Of a DNA stretch of 64,000 nucleotides, positions 34,893-42,958 are shown in pieces. A program made the position numbers and the translations under genes. The first letter of the stretch is position 1. Every line of letters starts with the position of its first letter. Below the pieces are notes generated by a model, which was not told the DNA's origin, did no database searches, and saw only the letters and a list, made by a program, of their open reading frames with translations. The DNA is from Myxococcales bacterium (GTDB taxonomy: Bacteria; Myxococcota_A; Polyangia; Polyangiales; Polyangiaceae). The stretch is taken from NCBI GenBank assembly GCA_023248735.1, contig JAHFDY010000003.1, positions 915-64,914 on the forward strand, read 5' to 3'.

Positions 34893-36083
34893 ATGCCGAC
34901 CACCTACGCAGACCTGATCGCCTCCGTGCGCAAAGTGACCCGCGACATCTCCCTCGATGAGCTGAAGCGTAGGCTCGATGCCAAAGAAGAATTCGTCCTC
35001 CTCGACGTGCGCGAGAAAGAGGAATTCCGCGCGGGCTATATTCCAGGCGCGCTCTCGATTCCGCGCGGCTTCCTCGAAATTCAGGTCGAGCAACGCATTC
35101 CCGATAAGAACGCCAAGGTCGTCACTTACTGCGCCGGCGGCACGCGATCGGCACTCGCCGCGGCCACACTCGCTGAGCTCGGCTACGTGAACGTCGAAAC
35201 AGCGAATCCGGGCTTCGTTCGTTGGAAAGACCTCGGCTATCCGATGGACACGCCACCGCAACTCACCGATGCGCAACGCGAAAGGTACTCGCGCCACATT
35301 TTGCTTCCGGAAGTCGGCGAGGTGGGCCAAGCCAAACTCCTCAAGAGCAAAGTGCTCCTCATCGGCGCGGGCGGACTTGGCTCACCGGCGGGGCTCTACC
35401 TCGCCGCCGCAGGAATCGGCACGATCGGTATCGTCGACGCCGACACGGTCGACGCCTCAAACCTGCAGCGACAAATTCTGCACGCCACGAGCCGCATCGG
35501 AGAACCCAAAGTCGAGAGCGCGGCAAAGGCGATTCGCGATCTCAATCCCGACGTCCAAGTGGTCGGCTACCGCGAACGCCTGAACAGCAGCAACGTCGAT
35601 CGTTTGTTTGCCGACTATGACGTCATCGTCGACGGCACCGACAACTTCCCGACCCGCTACCTCGTGAATGACGCAAGCGTTTTTCTGGGGAAGCCGGTCG
35701 CACACGGATCGATTTTTCGCTTCGACGGACAAGTCACAACCTTCGTCCCCGAACGTGCCGCGAAGACGCTCGGCATCGAGGCGGGACCTTGCTATCGATG
35801 CCTCTACCCCGAGCCGCCACCCCCGCACCTCGCGCCTAGCTGCCAAGAAGCGGGCGTACTCGGAATTTTGCCGGGCATTATCGGTGTGATGCAAGCCACC
35901 GAAGCGATCAAGTTGATTCTTGGCAAGGGCGACCCGCTCGTCGGGCGCTTGGTTACGTACGACAGTTTGAAGATGAAGTTCCGCGAGCTTCGCCTTCGAC
36001 GCGATCCGAACTGCGTTGTCTGCGGGCCGAAACCGAGCATTACGAGTTACATTGACTACGAAGGCTTTTGTTCGTTGGGGTGA
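34893..36083 (+). CDS. ThiF/MoeB-family E1-like adenylyltransferase with an N-terminal rhodanese domain
   Basis: The rhodanese active-site loop YCAGGTRS lies at about residue 80. It is followed by RYSRHILLPEVG, GAGGLGSP, and zinc CxxC pairs CYRC and CVVC. Confidence 0.85.
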   Translation: MPTTYADLIASVRKVTRDISLDELKRRLDAKEEFVLLDVREKEEFRAGYIPGALSIPRGFLEIQVEQRIPDKNAKVVTYCAGGTRSALAAATLAELGYVNVETANPGFVRWKDLGYPMDTPPQLTDAQRERYSRHILLPEVGEVGQAKLLKSKVLLIGAGGLGSPAGLYLAAAGIGTIGIVDADTVDASNLQRQILHATSRIGEPKVESAAKAIRDLNPDVQVVGYRERLNSSNVDRLFADYDVIVDGTDNFPTRYLVNDASVFLGKPVAHGSIFRFDGQVTTFVPERAAKTLGIEAGPCYRCLYPEPPPPHLAPSCQEAGVLGILPGIIGVMQATEAIKLILGKGDPLVGRLVTYDSLKMKFRELRLRRDPNCVVCGPKPSITSYIDYEGFCSLG

Positions 36084-36104
36084 GCCACCGGTGCCAAGCG
36101 ATGC

Positions 36105-37106
36105 CTACTTGCTGGCGCTGCAGGAATACTGCACCGGAAAGGTCTCGAGCTCGTTGCACTTTTCGCCGGCGGCACAGGTCTTGTCGCCGCACTGAGTAAC
36201 GCCCGTCGCAACGCAACCGCAGCCACAGGTGCCGCTAAATGCGCTTTCGCCCGCGTTGCACGAATACATCATTGCCGCGCACTTCATCGGACTTCCCGAA
36301 ACGTAGCGGACACCTTTGGTGCTTGCGTCAAGACAGACCGGCGCCTTCTTTGCGGGAAGGGCGCGCAGGTAAAACTCACTCGCCTTGAGCGCATTCGCTT
36401 TGCCGCCCGGTCCGCTGACGGCGTAGTTGGTGCCCGCGACGATAACACCGTCGTTCGTCGAGAGCGCGGAGTTGGCCGCGCTCACTTGCTTCGAGTTGGC
36501 GCCGGACGCTGCGAAATCGACATTCGCGATCTCTTGATCGAGACTGCTGTTGATGCGCGCTTCGTGGATCGATTTGCACGGAGCAGCGAAGCACCGAAGG
36601 CCATTGTCGGTGACGTTGTAAAAGAGGCCCGTAGCCTTGGACGCCGCTTGACCAACCCAGGCTTCGCTGGCCACAAGGTAGCTAACGGTCCACGAGTTGA
36701 CCTTCCTCTGCTCAATCTTGCCCCGAAGAATGACGAGGCCAGAGCCGAAGCCGTCCGTCAGCTTGGAAGCGTCCGCTTCGCTGAAGCCGATTGCCGTGAG
36801 GTCGACGCCCGAAACATAGCAATCTTCCGCGTAAGCGCCGTCGGCGCACTTGGTCGAGACGCGATTGACTCGCTTGACATAGTCGCCACCGCAAATGGGC
36901 CACATGCACCTGCGCAAGTCACTGCGCGAGTAGACAAAGTAGGTTGACGTCTGAGCGAGCGAATCAGCGGCCTCGTCAGCCTCAAGGACATCGATGTCTG
37001 CGACAGAGCTCCCGGCGCTCGAGCACGCGCTCACACCGAACGCGCCCACAAAAAACAACGCAATTCCACCAATTCGTAGACTTGTTTTCACGCAATACCT
37101 CACCAT
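36105..37106 (-). CDS. secreted Cys-rich hypothetical lipoprotein
   Basis: ATG 37106 gives MVRYCVKTSLRIGGIALFFVGAFGVSAC. RRCMWPICGGDYVKRVN...KCADG...DCYV and LRCFAAPCKS motifs are present. The tail is Cys-rich (GTCGCGCV...CGDKTCAAGEKC). Confidence 0.6.
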   Translation of the reverse strand: MVRYCVKTSLRIGGIALFFVGAFGVSACSSAGSSVADIDVLEADEAADSLAQTSTYFVYSRSDLRRCMWPICGGDYVKRVNRVSTKCADGAYAEDCYVSGVDLTAIGFSEADASKLTDGFGSGLVILRGKIEQRKVNSWTVSYLVASEAWVGQAASKATGLFYNVTDNGLRCFAAPCKSIHEARINSSLDQEIANVDFAASGANSKQVSAANSALSTNDGVIVAGTNYAVSGPGGKANALKASEFYLRALPAKKAPVCLDASTKGVRYVSGSPMKCAAMMYSCNAGESAFSGTCGCGCVATGVTQCGDKTCAAGEKCNELETFPVQYSCSASK

Positions 37107-37240
37107 TGTTGAGTCAGACCGCGAGTTATGACGCCGAAAGCGCCGCCCGCAACCCAAAAGTGCGAGTTCCGCATACACCGCCCAGGAACGAGAGCACAGC
37201 GACCACTTTTTTGAGGGCAAGAAGCCTAACGTAGTGGCGG

Positions 37241-38164
37241 ATGAAGAATCCCTTCCTCAAGCGACTTTACTTGTTCAACCGCAATGGGACTCATTGGGGG
37301 ATCGACTATTGTTTCGAACCTTCGGACAAACTCAATTCACTCTTCGAGGGATTGAAGGCGCACCAACAGCTGTCCTTCGTCCCAACGCCTGAGGGCGGCA
37401 TCGATTGGAAGATCGTCGAAGACGAGCCTCCGGGTTGGCGCCTGCACGTCGGCAGTCGTGTCGTCTACTTGCTCGTCGAATCCACGACGCCAAGACCTCC
37501 TCGAGAGGCCGTGGCGTTGGCGGGCAAACTTCACCTGCAGCTGCTCGCGATGCGGCTGTACAATTGTCAGCACAACGACATCTTGGAGTATTGGCGCAAG
37601 CCCGATGACGAATTCAATCGTGCCGAGGACTACGCCGCCGCAGGTGCCCTCGATCGAAGCATCTACCTCGCCGAGCTGATCAAGGTTCACTGTCCAGCAG
37701 CGCGCTCTGCCCTCGAGGTGGGATGCAACATCGGTCGCAACCTCAACCATCTTCACGAACGGCTCGACTTCGAAGTCGCCGGGATCGAAATCAGCGGCCA
37801 CGCATTGGAGCTTCTGAAGACAACCTATCCGTCTATCGCCGACGCCGAGCTCTACGAAGGCGATGCCGCCGAGAGAATTAGCGAGATCGCCGACCATCGT
37901 TACGACCTCGTCTATTCGATGGCGGTGCTCATGCACATCCATCCTGATGCACCCGCGTCGCTTTGGGAGAACATCGTGCGCGTGGCAGGCCGGTACATCA
38001 TCACGATCGAAAACGAATCGTTGAACTCGGATCGCAACTGGGTGCGCAACTACGAAGAGGTCTTCGGCCCCTTCGGCGCGATACAGATTCACACGGAGAT
38101 CCCGACGATCCCCGCATTCGGCGGCTATCGAACACGCATTTTTTCGGTGAGCCACAGGACATAG
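37241..38164 (+). CDS. class I SAM-dependent methyltransferase with an unassigned ~130-aa N-terminal region
   Basis: Motif I is LEVGCNIGRNL, followed by DLVYSMAVLMHI. The antisense ORF 37337..38155 has no motifs. Confidence 0.75.
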   Translation: MKNPFLKRLYLFNRNGTHWGIDYCFEPSDKLNSLFEGLKAHQQLSFVPTPEGGIDWKIVEDEPPGWRLHVGSRVVYLLVESTTPRPPREAVALAGKLHLQLLAMRLYNCQHNDILEYWRKPDDEFNRAEDYAAAGALDRSIYLAELIKVHCPAARSALEVGCNIGRNLNHLHERLDFEVAGIEISGHALELLKTTYPSIADAELYEGDAAERISEIADHRYDLVYSMAVLMHIHPDAPASLWENIVRVAGRYIITIENESLNSDRNWVRNYEEVFGPFGAIQIHTEIPTIPAFGGYRTRIFSVSHRT

Positions 38165-38269
38165 AATCGCGGGCCTTCATGACCTCGGGCGTAATCGACG
38201 AAGGACATCGCCGAGCGCAGGCTTGAGGCAAGGGCGGCACGGCTCGCCGACCCACGAAACCTTCATCCT

Positions 38270-39106
38270 TTGGACACAACAATGATCAATCGTGGATCGA
38301 TTTCGGACGTGGGCAGCCTGGCTTGGGCCGAAACCGGCGGACCTCCACTAACGGCGATGCAATCGCTGGGGCAGGTCGCCGGAATGGGCATGGTAGCGCT
38401 CACCACTTTCCATCGTGAGGTGCAGTTCACCCTTTCGGGGTGGGGCCTCATGCCCGAGCGAAAGCTGCCGAGCATCCCCTTCCCAGAGTTTCCATCAACA
38501 CGGGCCGTCGATCGCGCGCTTGAGCTTCTGGACGACTACGCCGGCAGCAAGTCGCCACTCGCGGCCCACAGCTACCGTTGCACCCACATCGCATCAGCAC
38601 TTGCGAAGGTCGACGAACGAGAGGTTGACGAGGAGGCGATGGCCGTCGCCATGTTGCTTCACGACATCGGCCTTGCGCCTCGCGCAATCGAAGAAGAATC
38701 CGCAAACGAGTTCACCGTCCGCGGTGCCCAGATCGCCGCGCGGGCCCTTGCCGATCTCGGCTGGAAACGCGATCGCATCGACCTCGTCTCGCAAATCATC
38801 ACGCTGCATCCCAACACGCACGTAAGCGCCAAGCGGTGGGGAGCCGAAGCGCACTACGGTCGACTTGCACCCGTGTGCGATGGTTTCGGCGAGGCGTGGC
38901 GGTTACCGCGCAATATTGCCGCTGAGATTTTTGCGCGACATCCGCAAGACGCGGCCCAAGCGGTTGAGATGCTCGACACGGCGGTGAGCGGGGAAGCGGG
39001 CCGTCAGCCAGGTGGACGATTTAGTCTGCTCCAGCCCATCTTTCCACCGCTTGTTCGTTTCGGATGTCGACGCTGGAGCCGTGTTGCAACTCGTCAAGCA
39101 CCTTGA
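38270..39106 (+). CDS. HD domain-containing protein
   Basis: H...R...A spacing is followed by AMLLHDIGL. The exact start is uncertain because several in-frame Met codons are available. Confidence 0.7.
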   Translation: MDTTMINRGSISDVGSLAWAETGGPPLTAMQSLGQVAGMGMVALTTFHREVQFTLSGWGLMPERKLPSIPFPEFPSTRAVDRALELLDDYAGSKSPLAAHSYRCTHIASALAKVDEREVDEEAMAVAMLLHDIGLAPRAIEEESANEFTVRGAQIAARALADLGWKRDRIDLVSQIITLHPNTHVSAKRWGAEAHYGRLAPVCDGFGEAWRLPRNIAAEIFARHPQDAAQAVEMLDTAVSGEAGRQPGGRFSLLQPIFPPLVRFGCRRWSRVATRQAP

Positions 39107-39176
39107 CAAACTCGCGACACAGCGATTCCAAAGATTCGCAAGTGTCGAAACGCGCGCGCGAAGACCGCGTTCGTTC

Positions 39177-39560
39177 TTACGGAATCGGTAGGCGTGTCAG
39201 GTCGATAACCTGCGCGTCTTGGACGTGAAATTGGTGACCAGTAGCGTGCGGCCATCGGCGGTAACACGCATTTCACGAGGGAAGGCGCCCGCGGGGATCG
39301 TACCAAGGACGGCAAGCGCTCCGGCGGTCGCATTCAGAATCGGCTGTCATCAGCGAGACGAACACCCAGGCGCCGTCGCGCGTCGGAAGTGCCTGAAAAG
39401 GACTCCCGGCCAGCGTCGTGAACGAAACCGGTTCGGTCGTTTGCGTGGGGGCGTCAGAGACGGCGGTATCGGACGACGAAGCGTCAAGGTTCGACGCGCT
39501 TGGCGGCACGGTCGCGCAGGAACTTGCAGAGAGCGTCGCTACCGCAAGTAACGTTTTCAT
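39177..39560 (-). pseudogene. decayed lipoprotein gene with YVTN/lactonase-type beta-propeller repeat remnants (at least 2 frameshifts, truncated)
   Basis: Frame A reads MKTLLAVATLSASSCA...TRDGAWVFVSL. Frame B then reads GALAVLGTIPAGAFPREMRVTADGRTLLVTNFTSKT. Frame C then reads QVIDLTRLPIP followed by a stop. I read these on the minus strand across 39177..39560. Confidence 0.45.
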
Positions 39561-39665
39561 GTACAGAACCATGGCTTCAGTGTCGATACCACCATATGCG
39601 CCGAGCATCGGCAGTCAAAGCACAGGCACTCTACTTCTTCGCGATGACGTTGTTCAGGATGCCGA

Positions 39666-40541
39666 CTACCACAGACCTTCGTCGTCTAGCGGCTCTTCAA
39701 AGAGGCCGGGGCGTTCCTTTTTCTCGTCAACGCTCACGAGCACGGCGGCCGCTGCCTTTTCGGTCGGGATCGGCCAGTCTTTGACATACCTCGCGGCCTC
39801 ACCCGGGCGGCTCGCGTCGATCCATGCCACGTGGCCAGCTCCCTTGTCGCGCTCGTCGATGTGAACGAACTGGCTGTTCGGATAAAATCCACAACCAGTA
39901 TCGTCAAGTTTCTTACAGAACGCGACGAGCGCCTCATTTTTTACGCCGTCGATGCGAAGATCGAGCGCCTTGGCGGCGGCGTGTGAGCTCTCCACACTGC
40001 GCGGCTTGTAGCCCGAAACGATGTGGATCTTCGTCGTCTCGCCCGGCTTCGAAAAGTGGCGAACTATCTTCGCAAGGCGCACGACCACACCGTCCGAAAC
40101 GCGCCGAATGCCTGGCGCGAGCAGCTTCCCCTTTTTCGTGCTGAGCGTTTCGATTGAGAGGGTGGGACGCTTCGATGACGGCGGCCTCACGAGCACACTC
40201 ATCTGAGCGATCGCTCTCGGAAGGACGTCGCCGTTGCACTTCGTAAGCGTCACCTTCTCCCGCTCGCTGCCCGCCTGAACGACAACCGGCCTATCGACAC
40301 AGACGCTGGAAGATTCACCGCGGCCCGGCTTTGGCTTTGTTGGCTTGCGATCCTTTGAGGTCTCAGCGTCGGAGCCATCGTCAACACTCTTGACGAGACT
40401 GATCGCCTTCTGCCTCTTCTTCGGCTTGTGCGAAACGGCGTGCTTCCCCGCCTCTTTCGTTTTGGCGAACGCACCTGCACTAGTAACCAGGCCTAGAGCA
40501 GCTCCCAGGACTGCTCCAAACGCAAAGACTGAGCGGCGCAT
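39666..40541 (-). CDS. DUF882 / peptidase M15A (YcbK-like) family protein, secreted
   Basis: ATG 40541 has GGAGG 7 nt upstream. The signal is MRRSVFAFGAVLGAALGLVTSAGAFA. The C-terminal HIVSGYKPRS...HAAAKALDLRIDG...FVHIDERD matches the DUF882 zinc-peptidase core. Confidence 0.8.
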   Translation of the reverse strand: MRRSVFAFGAVLGAALGLVTSAGAFAKTKEAGKHAVSHKPKKRQKAISLVKSVDDGSDAETSKDRKPTKPKPGRGESSSVCVDRPVVVQAGSEREKVTLTKCNGDVLPRAIAQMSVLVRPPSSKRPTLSIETLSTKKGKLLAPGIRRVSDGVVVRLAKIVRHFSKPGETTKIHIVSGYKPRSVESSHAAAKALDLRIDGVKNEALVAFCKKLDDTGCGFYPNSQFVHIDERDKGAGHVAWIDASRPGEAARYVKDWPIPTEKAAAAVLVSVDEKKERPGLFEEPLDDEGLW

Positions 40542-40643
40542 TGAGACACCTCCAGTGTCGAATACGCACGATCTCAGCGATCCGGGCCAAGTTTCCATCG
40601 TGTGTTGCGGCTCAATGTGGCAACACGATAAGACGGGACCTCG

Positions 40644-41078
40644 ATGAATGAGCCCCTCGATCCGAAGTCATTCGACGCCAAGTGGAAGCAGCTCCTCGCC
40701 GGCGCCGCGCGTGCATCGGCAAATGTGTCGTGTCTCGCTTGCGACCATTGCGAAAAATGTGCAGAGTGCACATTTTGCAGGGACTCCGCCTCCCTTACGC
40801 GTTGTCACTACTGCACGCGCTGCAACGACTCCGTCGACTGCGCGCACTGCACGGGTTGCAGGTCCTGCATGAACTGCAACCATTGCCTCGAATGCGAACG
40901 CTGCATTGCGAGCGCATACCTGATTAAGAGTGTGAATTGCACAGGCTGCACTTATTGTTTCGGATGCGTCGGGCTCGCCAAGAAGGACTTTCACATTCTC
41001 AACGAGCCATACGACCGCCAAACGTACTTCGCGCTGGTCGAGAAGCTCCGACGCGAGCTCCGTCTGGGAAACGCCTGA
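40644..41078 (+). CDS. cysteine-rich protein with runs of CxxC (21 Cys in ~85 residues)
   Basis: The Cys-rich stretch reads CLACDHCEKCAECTFC...CHYCTRC...CAHCTGCRSCMNCNHCLECERC...CTGCTYCFGC. The stop lies 2 nt before the dtd start. Confidence 0.7.
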   Translation: MNEPLDPKSFDAKWKQLLAGAARASANVSCLACDHCEKCAECTFCRDSASLTRCHYCTRCNDSVDCAHCTGCRSCMNCNHCLECERCIASAYLIKSVNCTGCTYCFGCVGLAKKDFHILNEPYDRQTYFALVEKLRRELRLGNA

Positions 41079-41080
41079 TC

Positions 41081-41536
41081 GTGCGAGCGGTCGTGACACG
41101 TGTGGCATGGGCCAAAGTTGAGATTGACGACGCGATCGTCGGTCAAATCGATCGCGGCCTGCTCGTCCTACTGGGATGCGGCAAGGGCGACGAGACGACC
41201 GATGCCGCCTTGCTGATCGACAAAATTGTGAACCTTCGCATTTTCGAAAACGAGGCCGGTAAGATGGACAAGAGCGCGATCGATTTGCAAGGCTCGCTCC
41301 TGGTCATCAGCCAATTCACGTTGTTTGGCGACGTCTCGCGGGGTCGGCGGCCGAGCTTCGACGAGGCGATGAAACCCGAGTTGGCGGAGCCGATGTACGA
41401 CGCGTTCGTTTCAAAATGTCGCGGTCTTTTGAAAACGGAAGCCGGCCGATTCCGCGCGCACATGCGCGTCACCTCCGTGAACGATGGCCCGGTTACGATT
41501 TGGCTCGACTCGCGCCAGCTCCGAAAGGGCGCGTAG
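41081..41536 (+). CDS. dtd: D-aminoacyl-tRNA deacylase
   Basis: GTG 41081 gives (M)RAVVTRVAWAKVEID...GLLVLLGCGKGD...SQFTLFGD...RPSF, the canonical Dtd pattern at ~151 aa. Track ORF 40937 is an upstream out-of-context extension. Confidence 0.9.
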   Translation: MRAVVTRVAWAKVEIDDAIVGQIDRGLLVLLGCGKGDETTDAALLIDKIVNLRIFENEAGKMDKSAIDLQGSLLVISQFTLFGDVSRGRRPSFDEAMKPELAEPMYDAFVSKCRGLLKTEAGRFRAHMRVTSVNDGPVTIWLDSRQLRKGA

Positions 41537-41582
41537 TCCGGCGAAGCGCCTCGCCGCGCCAAATGGGAGCTATGCTTCGAAC

Positions 41583-41951
41583 GTGGCCGATTCGCCTTAT
41601 CGACCTGCACCAACACAGCTCACCGACAGCGGTGACCCGATTTTCGAAGCGCTATGGGCGCGCGTCGAGGATGAGTGGGACATACTCGACGCGCACAACA
41701 GGGTCCTTGACCATGCTCTCGCTAGCGCCAAATTGCCCGAACTTGCGGGCCGTTACGGCGCCTACAAAGAGAGTGTCACAAGAGGAGAATTCGCAAACAA
41801 GCGCATCGTCGCAATTAGCCTTGCTGCGATGAACATGCTCGAAGCAACGCGGATGCCAAGGTACGAAAGGCCACCTTGGTACATCATCGCGAGCGCCGGG
41901 CTCATTTTTGTGTGCGCGATGGTTTTTGTTTGGGCGACGTTGAGTCGGTAA
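41583..41951 (+). CDS. hypothetical protein with a C-terminal TM segment
   Basis: The ORF is open from 41484, which overlaps dtd by 53 nt. GTG 41583 is an alternative start. The C-terminal PWYIIASAGLIFVCAMVFVWATL is a TM helix. Confidence 0.45.
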   Translation: MADSPYRPAPTQLTDSGDPIFEALWARVEDEWDILDAHNRVLDHALASAKLPELAGRYGAYKESVTRGEFANKRIVAISLAAMNMLEATRMPRYERPPWYIIASAGLIFVCAMVFVWATLSR

Positions 41952-41953
41952 AA

Positions 41954-42958
41954 CTACTTACCTAATCGCCGGGCGAGCTCGATTGCCGCTAACATGCCCG
42001 ACGCGTCGGCGGTTCCCTTCCCGGCGCGATCGTAGCCAGTGCCGTGATCAACACTCGTGCGGACGATGGGCAAGCCGAGCGTGACGTTTACCGCATCGCC
42101 GAACCCGATGAGCTTCATCGGAATCGTCGCTTGGTCATGGTACATCGCCACAACCGCATCGAACTTCCCTGAGGCCGCAAGACGGAACGCACTCTCTGCA
42201 GGCACTGGACCCGAAATTGATACCTGGCGGTTACGTTTGAAGTGGGCCCGAGCGAGCGCAATTGCAGGCGCAACGAGGCGCTCCTCCTCACGGCCTAAGA
42301 GCCCCCCCTCGCCTGCGTGCGGATTGAGGCCAGAGACGACAACCTTTGGTGCCGATACCCCTAGCCGCAGCATCAAATCTGCCACGTGCACCGTTGCACG
42401 AAGTACGCCTTCGATTGTGATCGCGCGCGCCACCTTGGCGAGGGGCAAGTGCGTTGTGACAAGAGATGTCGTCAACTTTTCTGACCAAAACGCCATCGTG
42501 ACGGGAGATGCTCCCGTGTGCTCTTCGAGATACTCGGTGTGCCCTCGAAAGCGACGCGCACGAACGAGGCCCGAATTCACGATCACCTTCTTGTTGACTG
42601 GCCCCGTCACGATCGCCGAGGCTTCACCGGAGGTCACGAGCCCAAGCGCACGGTCGATGAACGCGAGCTGCGCAGCGCCGGTCGCCTTCGTCGGCTTGCC
42701 CGGGATGCGGTCTCGCCCTGCGAGGACAGCCGACGCCTGCACAACCGCGATTGCGCCACGCGGCATCTTGAACGAATCCGCAACGCGCGCGATCTCGCGC
42801 AGACGATTTGGATCGACGCCAACAAGAGGGGATCGCTCCCTAAGAGTGGCGATGTCGCCCACAAGAACGAGCCCTTTTGGAACGCGGCGTACCGCTGCGA
42901 GTGCGACCTCGGGCCCGATTCCGCTCGGACATCCAGTTGTGATCACAATCGGTTTCAT
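41954..42958 (-). CDS. pdxA: 4-hydroxythreonine-4-phosphate dehydrogenase PdxA
   Basis: GHTEYL, GLNPHAGEGG and MYHDQATIPMK motifs are present. The length is 334 aa. Confidence 0.9.
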   Translation of the reverse strand: MKPIVITTGCPSGIGPEVALAAVRRVPKGLVLVGDIATLRERSPLVGVDPNRLREIARVADSFKMPRGAIAVVQASAVLAGRDRIPGKPTKATGAAQLAFIDRALGLVTSGEASAIVTGPVNKKVIVNSGLVRARRFRGHTEYLEEHTGASPVTMAFWSEKLTTSLVTTHLPLAKVARAITIEGVLRATVHVADLMLRLGVSAPKVVVSGLNPHAGEGGLLGREEERLVAPAIALARAHFKRNRQVSISGPVPAESAFRLAASGKFDAVVAMYHDQATIPMKLIGFGDAVNVTLGLPIVRTSVDHGTGYDRAGKGTADASGMLAAIELARRLGK

